A stretch of DNA of 63,938 nt, counting the filler, from Octopus bimaculoides (lineage: Eukaryota): NCBI RefSeq assembly GCF_001194135.2. It is 8 parts of 6 records of this genome, joined end to end, with 100 filler letters (N's around TTAATTAATTAA, not from the genome) between each part and the next. Parts side by side here need not be neighbours in the genome. Positions count along the whole stretch, not along the records: positions 1 to 23,271 come from NC_069000.1; positions 23,372 to 32,442 come from NC_068986.1; positions 32,543 to 43,344 come from NC_068985.1; 5 more parts are not named here. The stretch is one strand, 5' to 3'. The notes below the pieces were generated by a model. The model had not been told where the DNA came from, ran no database searches, and worked only from the letters and a program-made list of their open reading frames with translations. Position numbers and translations under genes: made by a program. This document shows, piece by piece, positions 23,032 through 35,668 of the stretch (the stretch's first letter is position 1; every line of letters starts with the position of its first letter).

Positions 23032-23270
23032 GGGGATGTGCTAGAAACAACAGCCAGATCTCCCTTAAATCACAGTCTTTCCTCTGAAATTATTAACAAT
23101 TTTTTTAAAACCGAAAATGTTTCTCTCATGGGTTTAAGTGTGTAGTGAAAAAATAATGGCCAAAATTGTTTCGGACTGGGATGGTGATGAGGTAGGAGTG
23201 AAAAAAATTTTCAAACTTTTTCCTTTTTTTTCATGAAAAGATGCCTCCCATCATTCCAAAGACTTTGGTG
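23032..23270 (+). repeat. Interspersed repeat, copy 2 of the 10227-10480 family
   Basis: GGGATGTGCTAGAAACAACAGCCAGATCTCCCTTAAATCACA shared with copy 1. Confidence 0.6.
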
Positions 23271-23372
23271 ANNNNNNNNNNNNNNNNNNNNNNNNNNNNN
23301 NNNNNNNNNNNNNNNTTAATTAATTAANNNNNNNNNNNNNNNNNNNNNNNNNNNNNNNNNNNNNNNNNNNNA

Positions 23373-23665
23373 ATTCCTATCTTAGTAGGTGCCTTAGGTA
23401 TAATAAAAAAATATTCAGACAAATACATAACAAAAACAACAGGACTTACAAATATATATAACATACAGAAAATTGCACTACTGGGTACTGCACACATTCT
23501 ACGCAAAACACTTTCAATACAGTAAACATAAGAGCACCACAGCAAACCACAGCACATACCCAAGGCGCACAGAGCTGCGCTCGGTAGTGAAATGAAAGCA
23601 CGTTATAAAAATAAAACTACTGAACAATAATAATAATAATAAGAAGAAGAAGAATAACAATAATG
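23373..23665 (+). mobile_element. 3' end of an R4/Dong-like RLE retrotransposon with (AAT)n tail
   Basis: 23373-23525 translates IPILVGALGIIKKYSDKY...IQKIALLGTAHILRKTLSIQ*; short UTR, then (AAT)n. Confidence 0.85.
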
Positions 23666-23842
23666 ATAATAACTGCATTTACAGAAGAAAATGGTCATAC
23701 TTTTTTTTATAATTTAATAGTCATTATTTGGAAAGAAAAAGAAATGCCATCAGTGCGCATGCGTGAGAACATTCATAGATTAAATTTCTAGCTCACCACT
23801 TTTAGACGGCGTCTAATTTATATTTTTTATTTTATAGGAATA

Positions 23843-24040
23843 AGGTAGCGAGATGGCTGAATCGTTTGCACGCCGGTAAAATGCTTAGAGGTACTTCGTC
23901 CGTCTTTACGAAGTACATATTCCCTTGAAGTCGACTTTACCTTTCATTCATTCGCAGTCGATACAATATGTACTACTTGAGCACCGAGGCCGATGTAATC
24001 GACTACCGAAATTTCTAGCCTTGTGCTGAAATGTGAAATC
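23843..24040 (+). mobile_element. SINE family B (tRNA-like head; central domain resembling Meta/MESC, from memory)
   Basis: AAGGTAGCGAGATGGCTGAATCG...GTCGACTTTACCTTTCATTCATTCGCAGTCGATA...GCCTTGTGC. Confidence 0.8.
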
Positions 24041-24194
24041 AGTATTTATTATGTAGGACTACATGATCCGATGGAGCTTTCTTCTTTTACAGATTGTGAT
24101 TTGGAGAAGTGGCTTCTATTTCTACAAGATCAAACAAACGTAGTCGTTCTGTCATTCCCTCTTTTAGAGATTGCGTCTGGCATTCCTATGAGAT

Positions 24195-24408
24195 ATAATT
24201 TTGGCACAAGGCCTTCAATTTCAGGAGAGTAGTTAAGTCGATTACAACGACACTAAATATTCTTTTCTACTGTAGGCATAAGGCACGAAATTTTCGTGGA
24301 GAGAGCCAGTCGATTAGATCAACCTCAGTACGCAACTGGTACTTAATTTATCGACCCTGAAAGGATGAAAGGCAAAGTCAACCTCGGTGGAATTTGAACT
24401 CGGAACGT
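24195..24408 (-). mobile_element. SINE family B (one 5'-truncated copy plus a second tail fragment)
   Basis: Reverse complement GAGTTCAAATTCCACCGAGGTTGACTTTGCCTTTCATCCTTTCAGGGTCGATAAATTAAGTACCAG. Confidence 0.85.
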
Positions 24409-25612
24409 CTCACACTAAATATTACCTGTGTGATATAAGTGCGATCTCATACTAATTATTTCTATGTTATGTAATTGCTCTCATGCTGTAAATTGTGTGC
24501 TATAACTGCTCTCCCATAATAATTGTTTGCGGGTGATATGTAATTGGTCTCTCACAGTATGTGTATGTGATATACTTGATCTCCGACACTAATTGTTCGT
24601 GGGTGATAAAATTAGTCTCTCACAGTTATTGTTTCTGCGTCATAATTGTTCTCTCACACTAACTACGTGTAAATAACGAAATTGGTCTCTCGCACTAATT
24701 ATTCAAAGATTATATAATTGGTCTCTTGCTGTTATTATTTCTGTGGTATATAATTATTCTCTCACACAGATTATCTGTGGGTAATATCATTGGTCTTTCA
24801 TACTTATTATTTCTGCGAGATATAATTGCTCTGTCACACTAATTAGTCATAGTAATATAATGTTTTTCTCACACTAATTATTTGTGCATGATATAATTGA
24901 TCTTACATAATAATCGTTTGTGTGTGATGTATATACTTGGTCTCTCATACAAGTTGTGTGTGATGCATTTGATATTTTACATTAATTATTTATGAGTGAT
25001 GTTGGTCTCACATATTAATTATTTGTAGATGTTATAATTGGACTCTCACATCAATTATTTCTGTGTGATATTAATCGTTCTTTCATATTAATTGTGGGTG
25101 ATATCAATTGTCTCTCACACTATTTGTGGGATAATAGTCTCTTACTCTCATTATCTGTGCATAAATGCTTCCTCATACTCCATATTTTGTATGTTATACA
25201 AGGTTTTCCCACACTAATTATTTCTGTGAGATGTAATTGGTCTCTCACGCTAATTATGTGTAGACGATATCATTTGTCTCTCACACACATTGTTTAGACT
25301 GATATCTAATTAGTCACTAACAAGAATTATTGTTGCGTGATATAACTGGTCTCTGATACAAATTGTTTTTGTGATATATATATTTGATCTCTCACACTAT
25401 TTTCATGTGATACACTTGGTCTCGCACATTAATTATTAATGGGTGATATAAATGGTCTCTCATATTAATTATTTGTAGACGATATATTTGGCCTCTCGCA
25501 ATTATTATTTTGTTGGACGTACATTTGATCTCTTCCAGTTATTATCACTCTTTGATATAATTGGTCTCTCACACTAATTAGTCCTGTGTTTATTATAATT
25601 GGCCCCTGATAC
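24409..25612 (+). repeat. Degenerate ~35-bp minisatellite, roughly 30-35 units (approximate hand count)
   Basis: Recurring AATTGGTCTCTCACACTAATTATTT...GTGATAT at about 33-38 nt spacing. Confidence 0.9.
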
Positions 25613-26134
25613 TAATATATTCATCATGTCCCTGTACAAGTCTTCAGTTTTCAAGCAAATTCAACTTTGAAGCAAAATTCAAGGACAATTTAGTATGTTT
25701 TGTGAATAGTATGTTTTCCTCAATAGTGCAACATCAGAATTTTCTTTTTAGCCTTATGTTAACACCCGCTGGGCACCTGGTTTTCACAATAGTACATAGT
25801 TTCTCTTCTCTATCCCAAATTACTATGTCAGGTCTATGTTTACATTTTATTGAGGTTTTCATTGGGATATTCCACCATTACTCCTTTTAATTATGAGTGG
25901 TTATGGCTTATACCATACTGTAGGTTCTTTCTTCTTTGGCATCGGAGTTATCATTCCGGCGGATCTCATAACACAGTGTCCTAGCTACAACATGCTTCAT
26001 CGGTAGATAATACGGTGATGGTATTTTCGGAAAACTGCGTATGATGTGGGTGATATCTTTGGTATGTACGTATGTATGTATTTATGTATGTATGTAAGTA
26101 TGTATGTATGTAGATATATATGCATGTATATGTG

Positions 26135-26178
<44 letters not shown>

Positions 26179-27197
26179 CATTCATATATATATATTTCTA
26201 AACATGATAGTTAAAAACGTTCAGTTCACTTAATCTACCATTTAGTTTCTTTTAAAAAGAAGTATATTACAAAATGGAAGGAAAATGATGAAACTCCATT
26301 CATCAAATTTCCCTTAAAAAAGCTTTAAAAAATATTCGTTANNNNNNNNNNNNNNNNNNNNNNNNNNNNNNNNNNNNNNNNNNNNNNNNNNNNNNNNNNN
26401 NNNNNNNNNNNNNNNNNNNNNNNNNNNNNNNNNNNNNNNNNNNNNNNNNNNNNNNNNNNNNNNNNNNNNNNNNNNNNNNNNNNNNNNNNNNNNNNNNNNN
26501 NNNNNNNNNNNNNNNNNNNNNNNNNNNNNNNNNNNNNNNNNNNNNNNNNNNNNNNNNNNNNNNNNNNNNNNNNNNNNNNNNNNNNNNNNNNNNNNNNNNN
26601 NNNNNNNNNNNNNNNNNNNNNNNNNNNNNNNNNNNNNNNNNNNNNNNNNNNNNNNNNNNNNNNNNNNNNNNNNNNNNNNNNNNNNNNNNNNNNNNNNNNN
26701 NNNNNNNNNNNNNNNNNNNNNNNNNNNNNNNNNNNNNNNNNNNNNNNNNNNNNNNNNNNNNNNNNNNNNNNNNNNNNNNNNNNNNNNNNNNNNNNNNNNN
26801 NNNNNNNNNNNNNNNNNNNNNNNNNNNNNNNNNNNNNNNNNNNNNNNNNNNNNNNNNNNNNNNNNNNNNNNNNNNNNNNNNNNNNNNNNNNNNNNNNNNN
26901 NNNNNNNNNNNNNNNNNNNNNNNNNNNNNNNNNNNNNNNNNNNNNNNNNNNNNNNNNNNNNNNNNNNNNNNNNNNNNNNNNNNNNNNNNNNNNNNNNNNN
27001 NNNNNNNNNNNNNNNNNNNNNNNNNNNNNNNNNNNNNNNNNNNNNNNNNNNNNNNNNNNNNNNNNNNNNNNNNNNNNNNNNNNNNNNNNNNNNNNNNNNN
27101 NNNNNNNNNNNNNNNNNNNNNNNNNNNNNNNNNNNNNNNNNNNNNNNNNNNNNNNNNNNNNNNNNNNNNNNNNNNNNNNNNNNNNNNNNNNNNNNNN

Positions 27198-27925
27198 GTC
27201 TATCGTGAATATTGTCGCGCCTCCTTCCTTTAAACGGGAAGGAAGAGCTATTTTCATCGTACTTGTGGCTATGGCGAAAGAATGTGTATGGTGGACGCGT
27301 CTGAAAGGTCTAGAGACAAAGACTTTCCTCTCTGGGCAATCTCTCATCAATTTCTTCAAGTATCACCTGAAGAGGAAGGTGAGAGTAGAAAGGGAAGTCT
27401 TGTCTAGTGAATGCTTCAAAAAAAGATGGGTGAATGTAGCAAGGATGGCACGTGTGAACGACGGAGCCATCTTGAGCATAACCCTATGAACTAGAAAAAA
27501 AATCCAGAAAAAAAATAAAACAAAATGGTAAAAGAAAGTCACTTACTGTTATAGTTTTTTCAATGAGAATATTGACCAAGGTTACCGTGGTCTTTTCCGT
27601 AGGCTTTTCTTTCCACGGCTAAACCTAAACTGTCCTCCNNNNNNNNNNTAGGCTTTTCTTTCCACGGCTAAACCTAAACTGTCCTCCCCTCTTTTTACAC
27701 GAGAACATTACTGTGTGATACACGATCCCTATTGATCGCTTTTTTTTCCCCTCGATCCCTTTTGATCGAACTCCCCCTTTTTCCCTTCCTACGATCCCGT
27801 TTGATCGACCCCCCTTTTTTTCCACTTCTCCCTCCCCAAAAGAAAAGCTCTACATTGTATTTGTCCCATCTTTGTTGAGCCCTGTGTGGCTAATAAAAGA
27901 AATGTATCTATCTATCTATCTATCT
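27198..27925 (+). mobile_element. Tx1/L1-clade 3' end (ORF2 C-terminus, 3'UTR, AATAAA, (TATC)n tail)
   Basis: AKECVWWTRLKG...FFKYHLKRKVRVERE..F.KRWV aligns with the C-termini at about 8.1 and 36.3 kb; AATAAA at 27892-27897. Confidence 0.85.
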
Positions 27926-28239
27926 ATCACTGTTATTACCTCAATGTTTCGCTCAACACACAAGTAACCTAAACGACTCAATTCAGTTTTCTCCATTCAG
28001 TAAGCTCAGAGAAATATTCGTATCATTACACCCTTGCAGCTATTTTTATATTCCTTAACTGCTTCGCCATCTCAATTCACTACTTAGAGACATACATCAG
28101 AAGCATATATTTAAACCGTAATATCAGAAGGATCAACACTGCAATGACAAAGCGCTCCACGAGAATACACGATGCGGCAGTGACAAGAAGACATGTTGTT
28201 TCTGCATTGATGAATACGATATAGTATTTTTTGTCTCTT

Positions 28240-28722
28240 CTCTTTAGCTTGTTTCAGATATTAAATTGTAGATATTAAATGCTTGGGCTTCGCATCGAAG
28301 AATTTTTAGTCGAATGAATCGACTCTCTTACATTTTATTTTCATTGAAGCCTGGTGCATATTTATTGTTCATTCTTGCCGAAGCCGAATCACTGAATTAC
28401 GAGGATGTAAACACACAAACACCGGTTGTCAAGCGGTGGTACGGGACAAACACAGACATAACAAAGACAACCACCCAGGCATAGAGGCACACACGCACAC
28501 ACACACACGCGCGTACACACATATACACACACACATACACGCACACACACACACACAAACATATACACGAAGGGCTTCCTTCGGTTTCCGTCAACCGAAT
28601 CTATTTACAAAACTTTGGTCGGCCCGAGGCTTTAGTAGCAGACATCAGCCTAGGGTGCCACGCAGTGGGACTGAACCCGAAACCATATGGTTGAGAAGCA
28701 AGCTTCTTACCACACAGCCACG
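28240..28722 (-). mobile_element. SINE family A with internal (TG)n
   Basis: Reverse complement of head GGTAAGAAGCTTGCTTCTCAACCATATGGTTTCGGGTTCAGTCCCACTGCGTGGCACC; tail degraded. Confidence 0.85.
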
Positions 28723-28801
28723 GCACACCGTCGGTCACGACGGCGTTTGTTCCAGTTCATTCGATCAACGGAACAGCTTGCACGTGAAACTATCTGTGTG
28801 A

Positions 28802-28888
<87 letters not shown>

Positions 28889-29134
28889 TGTGTGTGTGTG
28901 TGTGGGTGTGTGTGTGTTGATTTGTGATGATCTGTTTTAAAGCTAGTTTAAGAATACCAACGGATGAGATGACTCAAATTTATTATAAATTTCATGTTGA
29001 GTAAGACAATTTTAACTAAGTGCGTATTCAACCAGTGGTTGATTAGACCTATATACACACACATACATACCTATATATATTCGTTACATATCTACGTATG
29101 TGTGTGTACGTAAGTTTGTGTGCGTAAGTGTGAG

Positions 29135-29221
<87 letters not shown>

Positions 29222-30066
29222 GTGCATTTGTGTGCGTATGTTCACTGATAGATAATTTCACACAAATACGCCATATTTAAAAGAGAGTATAAAATATCAT
29301 TAACTTTACTTGATACAAAATGGAGTGTGAAGTGCGGGAAGTGAAACAGTAAATGTTGTTGCTACCAGGAGACATGTAAACTTAGAATTGGACAGTAAAA
29401 TATATCAAAGAACGACGACTTCTAAAGCCTTTAAGTATGACGTCTCTACTTCTCGCGTATACTCTTACCTCTCCCTTCCCACTGTCTCTCTCCCTCTCTC
29501 TAATCTTTTCTATCATTTCTATTATCTTTGCCGCTTTATTTCTCTTTTCGCACATCTCCCAATAATATCTCGCTTGTATTTCTCTGTCTGTCTGCCTGTC
29601 TCTCTCTCCTTCATACACACAATTTTATTTTGTCTCATTATATTATCTCTCTATTTTCATCTGTTATCTTTTTCTCTTTTTCTCTCTTTCATTTTATATA
29701 TTTTTTAGATTTTTTATCTGCCTGTTGCTTTCTAAGTTTCTTTCCTTCGTTTTGTTCCCCTATATATCTGCGTCTCATTTTCAAATCAACACCTATAGAC
29801 ACATAACACAACACACACAGATGAGCACAGACACATACACACGCACACATCCACATACGTACACACATACGTACACACACATACAGACACACTAACACAC
29901 ACATGCTTACACACACACACACGTACACACATTTCACACCCACAAAATACAAATATAATAACATACAGATAGTTACATTTTGTATTCCTTATTCCCCCCA
30001 CAGCACCGTTTCTTTCGTCCCTCTCCGTCTCTTTCCGTCTCTTTCCGTTTCACTCCGTCTCTCTCC

Positions 30067-30115
<49 letters not shown>

Positions 30116-31144
30116 TCTCTTAGTCTCTGTCTCACTCTTTCCCCGTCTATACGTCTGTCTAAAGAGACAACAATATTTATAGATCGAGCTACACAGCATC
30201 AAACAACGACTGGCTTTGAACTTTGAACACACTCATATTCCATTGAAGACATACATTTAGCTCAGCAGTCATGCACGCAAAGATATTAACCTTGTGTGGC
30301 CACTATAGATCGATAAATCAACTTAATCAACCAATTATACAACCGCTATTGCAAACACACACACTAACAGTACAGATGCATATACTCATACCATTATATA
30401 NNNNNNNNNNNNNNNNNNNNNNNNNNNNNNNNNNNNNNNNNNNNNNNNNNNNNNNNNNNNNNNNNNNNNNNNNNNNNNNNNNNNNNNNNNNNNNNNNNNN
30501 NNNNNNNNNNNNNNNNNNNNNNNNNNNNNNNNNNNNNNNNNNNNNNNNNNNNNNNNNNNNNNNNNNNNNNNNNNNNNNNNNNNNNNNNNNNNNNNNNNNN
30601 NNNNNNNNNNNNNNNNNNNNNNNNNNNNNNNNNNNNNNNNNNNNNNNNNNNNNNNNNNNNNNNNNNNNNNNNNNNNNNNNNNNNNNNNNNNNNNNNNNNN
30701 NNNNNNNNNNNNNNNNNNNNNNNNNNNNNNNNNNNNNNNNNNNNNNNNNNNNNNNNNNNNNNNNNNNNNNNNNNNNNNNNNNNNNNNNNNNNNNNNNNNN
30801 NNNNNNNNNNNNNNNNNNNNNNNNNNNNNNNNNNNNNNNNNNNNNNNNNNNNNNNNNNNNNNNNNNNNNNNNNNNNNNNNNNNNNNNNNNNNNNNNNNNN
30901 NNNNNNNNNNNNNNNNNNNNNNNNNNNNNNNNNNNNNNNNNNNNNNNNNNNNNNNNNNNNNNNNNNNNNNNNNNNNNNNNNNNNNNNNNNNNNNNNNNNN
31001 NNNNNNNNNNNNNNNNNNNNNNNNNNNNNNNNNNNNNNNNNNNNNNNNNNNNNNNNNNNNNNNNNNNATATATATATATATATATATACATATTTATGCA
31101 TATATATGTGTGTGTATGTAAAAAAAAAATATATATTATATATT

Positions 31145-31229
<85 letters not shown>

Positions 31230-31560
31230 GGAGTCAAAAGATGAGATCAGCCATGCTTAGTATAGAAAACAGTATTGCTTAAATTTGAACTTACACAACG
31301 AAATGTTTGTCAAGGACTAAGTCCGCGGGGTAAAGAGTGGCTGTAAGTGGAGTCCAGGTCAGGTGATATGGAGATAATGATGCTAATAAATAAATGGCCT
31401 TCATATATATTCAATATGCATAAATATATACATGTAAATATATATATAAGGGTAAATATATAGAGAAAAAATATTCACAAGATGAACAGTCATGTATAGA
31501 TATGTAGATATTCATATATTTACATGGAATACAAAAGATATAGAAAATTAACGGGAGAGG

Positions 31561-31738
31561 GCATGCTGGTGAGTTTATGTCAGCATAAGTTAGCGGTTCG
31601 ACAAAAGAGATCGATAGAATAAGTACTAGGATTAAAAAGAATAATTCCAGGGTGCGATTTCTTTGATTAAAAACCCTCTAAGGCGGTGGTCCAGCATGGC
31701 CGCAGTCAAATGACTGAAACAAGTAAAAGAATAAAAGT
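31561..31738 (+). mobile_element. SINE family A, 3' half
   Basis: TTAGCGGTTCG...AAGTACTAGG...GGCGGTGGTCCAGCATGGCCGCAGTCAAATGACTGAAACAAGTAAAAG. Confidence 0.9.
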
Positions 31739-31776
31739 ATATATATACATGCATATCTGTGCATATATATACATTC

Positions 31777-31839
<63 letters not shown>

Positions 31840-33914
31840 CATATATTATATATATACATACATATATAAAGGGGGTTGTATGATAGTGTATATATATACA
31901 TATATATACATACATATATAAAGACGGTTGTATGGTAGTGTATAGAGGAATATATTATTCAAAAGAATTCCAACTCTCTTTTTTATGCTTTATTTATATT
32001 CTTATACTATTAATCTAAGATATAGAATATATAGTATATACGCTAAAATGAAATGAAGTATTGATTGTCTTATTGAATAAATGAAATATTGAATATTAAA
32101 TATTAAATATTTAAGGACTAGTATACTTTCTTCCATTTTTGCAGTCTTCAAATTCTCATGGTGTGACAGGAATGTTTCAACTGTCAGTTGAAACATAAAA
32201 AACAGACAGAGTGAGAATTCGTTTGAATAGCACTAACTCTTCGAAACGCCAGTGTTATAATGGTGGCAGCTGATGAAGGATATGTTCTCTATGTGGACTG
32301 AGTGTTTTTTGTACCTTGTTTATCATTTTGTCCATATTTTTTGCAACGTCATGTACCTGGGTATGCATCTATATATACATGTAGATGAAGGTATGTACAT
32401 ACATGTACATATATATGCATATACACATATTATATATATATANNNNNNNNNNNNNNNNNNNNNNNNNNNNNNNNNNNNNNNNNNNNTTAATTAATTAANN
32501 NNNNNNNNNNNNNNNNNNNNNNNNNNNNNNNNNNNNNNNNNNATATATATATATATATATAGGGCAGCTTTTAAGCTAGCTCCTGTGGAAGGCTCTTCAT
32601 TGGGCCTTGGGCCCAACAGTGACACTTCAAGCATTGAGTACATATTAAATTTTATTAAACTTGACCAATATTTTTCAAACAATGAGCAATTTTCATCAAA
32701 ACGATGATATATGTCGACTTGGAACTTATTGCAAAGCTGCATGATAAACAACATTTTTTTGTTTTCCCATTCGGGGATCAGTACATTTTTTTCTGTCTAA
32801 CCTCTTTCTTTCTCTCTCTTTCAACCATCACCATCACCAGTACCACCACCATCACCGCCACAACTGCCATACACACACCATTCAGAATTCTGACTCCACC
32901 GCCATCTATCACCATCATTCCTGACCGCCTCGGCTACCACCACCATAATTTAGTAATGATCTAGGTCTACTTACAGATCTAGATCGGTTTTTTTCACACC
33001 GTGACGCCAAAACCAAGCACCAATCAACTTAAATAGTTTAGTAAAATCACACACTAATTGGTCAGAATACAGTTTGCGAGACTTAACATTCTGGAGCCTA
33101 TACAAATGTATTTAAGACACGCATTTCAGCCATTTCACTACAGTTGTAAATTGTAAAATATAACTATCACCACTACTACATGAACCTGAAGATTGCATAG
33201 TTTAATGCATGAAAGTACTAGTCCAATCAAAATGAACATTATATCATTTATTACATTATATTATATTATATTATATCATATTATATTATATTATATTATA
33301 TTATATTATATTATTATAAGATTGTAAATAAAACGTGAAAATCAAAGTTGGAATTCCTTTGATTAATATATTCTTCTATACACAATTATACACACCCGTG
33401 TATATATATATATATATTATAGATATTAATATAAATATGTACATTTCCACGTGTATTTTACGTGTATTTTTAATATGTTTGTTAGATTACATTATAGTAC
33501 CTTCTATGCTTAGTATTGACTATTTTATGTTCTACAACATAAATGTATATATATAGGTCAATGTATTAGCAAATATTTATATTAATCTCTATCTCTCAAT
33601 AGTGCACATTTTGAAGTATAGAACCAATTATACATACATATATATATACATATATACATACGTACGTACGTACGTACATACATACACAAACACACACACG
33701 CACATACATACATACATACATACATACATACATACATACATAGTTGAATAGATCGGTTTCATATTTATCGTTCGTAGATCCTCCATAGAAACATCCTCAA
33801 AAAGATATCTTCGTAAGCTTTAATAAATTTTGAAATGATAAAAACTGCGAAAAAAAAATCAATAGAATTACATCCCTACTTTTTGATGTTATGGAACAAC
33901 GCAACTGCATATAT

Positions 33915-34029
33915 TGTAGGCGCAGTTACCCCACTTGACAACGCGTTTAAACAAACTAGCACTAGATGGCGTTAGAGTGTGAGATTCTGGCATGAGCCCT
34001 TACGACTACCTCTTTATGCATCGAGCCTG
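33915..34029 (+). repeat. ~115-bp direct repeat, copy 1
   Basis: TGTAGGCGC...GTTTAAACAAACT.GCACTAG.TGGCGTTAGA.TGTGAGATT.TGGCA.GAGCCCTTAC.ACTACCTCT matches 34833-34946. Confidence 0.9.
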
Positions 34030-34832
34030 TCTACCATGTCAGCGTTCCAAAGTGCATCGTCACGTGAATAACACCTTTAGACATATTGACTACTTCGGAA
34101 ATAATTGAACACAGCTTTAAAGACTGGAAGTTTCCTTGCATTTCAGTTGTGTTTTTTTTCACTTTTCATTGCATATCACTTCCTTTTTCAGGACCTTCCT
34201 ATGTATGTACATATTTTTGAATATTGTGTATATTATATGTTAACTTGTTTCAATGTTCATACACACATGCACCACATTCTAAGATTTTAGTTGCTTTCCC
34301 ATTGCTCATACATGCTAGCAACTCCAGCCTCTGCAAGTGACCTACCGCTCTTGCAGACTAACAACACATTTTTCCACTACAAGCGACTCACTGCCCTTGC
34401 AGGCAAAGCCTTGGCACTGCTCATGGTTCAGCAGCCAACATTGCATCTCAAGCACCTTGACTTTTGCTTCCTGTGTTTTCCAGTTTCCTGGATAGTTGTT
34501 ATCAGGCTTGCATGTCAGACGTTCTGTGCCTCAGACTATTTACATTTCTTAACTTTACCTCGCCAGTGACTGTTCCAGAGGATAGAATGTTGTTATAGAT
34601 ACGGCATTTACATTTTCTCTCTTTCTGTATCATTGTACATATATGCTTTGTTCTATTTGATTGGACACCTTTCTTCGTTGAACATTTCCTTGTACATGTA
34701 TATTTTTTTTTCAATTTCAATTGTTCATACAATTGTTTTGCCATGGTTCGTTCGTCTGTGCCCTCCTAGTACACACTTACTCCACCTACACTACTCTTAA
34801 TCGACCGCTTCCGGTCTAAGGGAGAGGGGCTC

Positions 34833-34946
34833 TGTAGGCGCGGTTATCTCCCTTAACAGCGGGTTTAAACAAACTGGCACTAGTTGGCGTTAGACTGTGA
34901 GATTTTGGCACGAGCCCTTACAACTACCTCTCTGCATCGAGACCTG
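34833..34946 (+). repeat. ~115-bp direct repeat, copy 2
   Basis: Matches 33915-34029 at an offset of about 918 bp. Confidence 0.9.
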
Positions 34947-35668
34947 AGACAGTGAAGATGTAATCTAACTGGCTGTCTCTCACACTACACGCTAGTAGCA
35001 GATAGGAGCTAACGCACAGGAGACAACCATGGCCTCCACGCATCAAACCATTTTCATTTATCATTCAGCATATATATATATGTGTGGCCACATTCAAGGT
35101 ATATAAAGTCACAGCTTTGTTTAATGTATTCTTTATACCGGGTTTCCTGTCAAATGATATTACAGCCTTCTGAGTAGAGTCACATTAGATGGAATACAGC
35201 CTATTCATCTAAAATATAAAACAACTGCTGTGTAATCCACTCTCTTTCTGTCACTGATGATTGTACGACTACAATTGAAACCGTGGGTAGATGCATAACA
35301 TTAATACTTGTTATTATTAAGCATTTACACATATTCTCTGTGTTTAACGAAATATATTCCAAAAAAATATTTATTCTTATAATAGACGAAGTGTCCCGCT
35401 GTGATATATCAACTGTGGTTTTATTTCGTTAAAAAAATTAGGCTGGTAACGACAGATGAAAACAGAAGAAATTTGAAAATACAATACAAAATAAAACTTA
35501 AGAGAACAGCAGTTTTTTGCAAAAAGTTCACTGTCACAAAGATCTGATAGAACTTAAATTAACATAAATGCCTAGAGTTCATGTTAACACAAATGTTCAT
35601 AAGCATATTAATAGGAGACAGGAAAAATATGCATCGTGTCATAATGTACGTGTGCGACAGACTTTTTC

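Noticed and set aside
23316-23327. TTAATTAATTAA recurring inside gaps (also 32487, 43389, 54431, 59356, 60775, 62839)
   Set aside because: Always centred in N runs (44 N each side where counted, 100 bp total); a six-frame-stop scaffolding linker, not biology
24409-25612. CRISPR-like repeat/spacer appearance
   Set aside because: Eukaryotic context, no cas genes, repeats degenerate and the 'spacers' are homologous to each other
27599-27688. Exact 40-bp duplication TAGGCTTTTCTTTCCACGGCTAAACCTAAACTGTCCTCC
   Set aside because: Copies sit on either side of a short N gap; typical unmerged contig overlap
30271-31179. Long ORFs of 250-345 aa (also 26325, 41873-42916, 44835-45731)
   Set aside because: Length comes from N runs translated as X
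32238-32285. CGAAAC followed by CTGATGA (permuted hammerhead halves)
   Set aside because: No UH cleavage site or stem I can be formed between the halves
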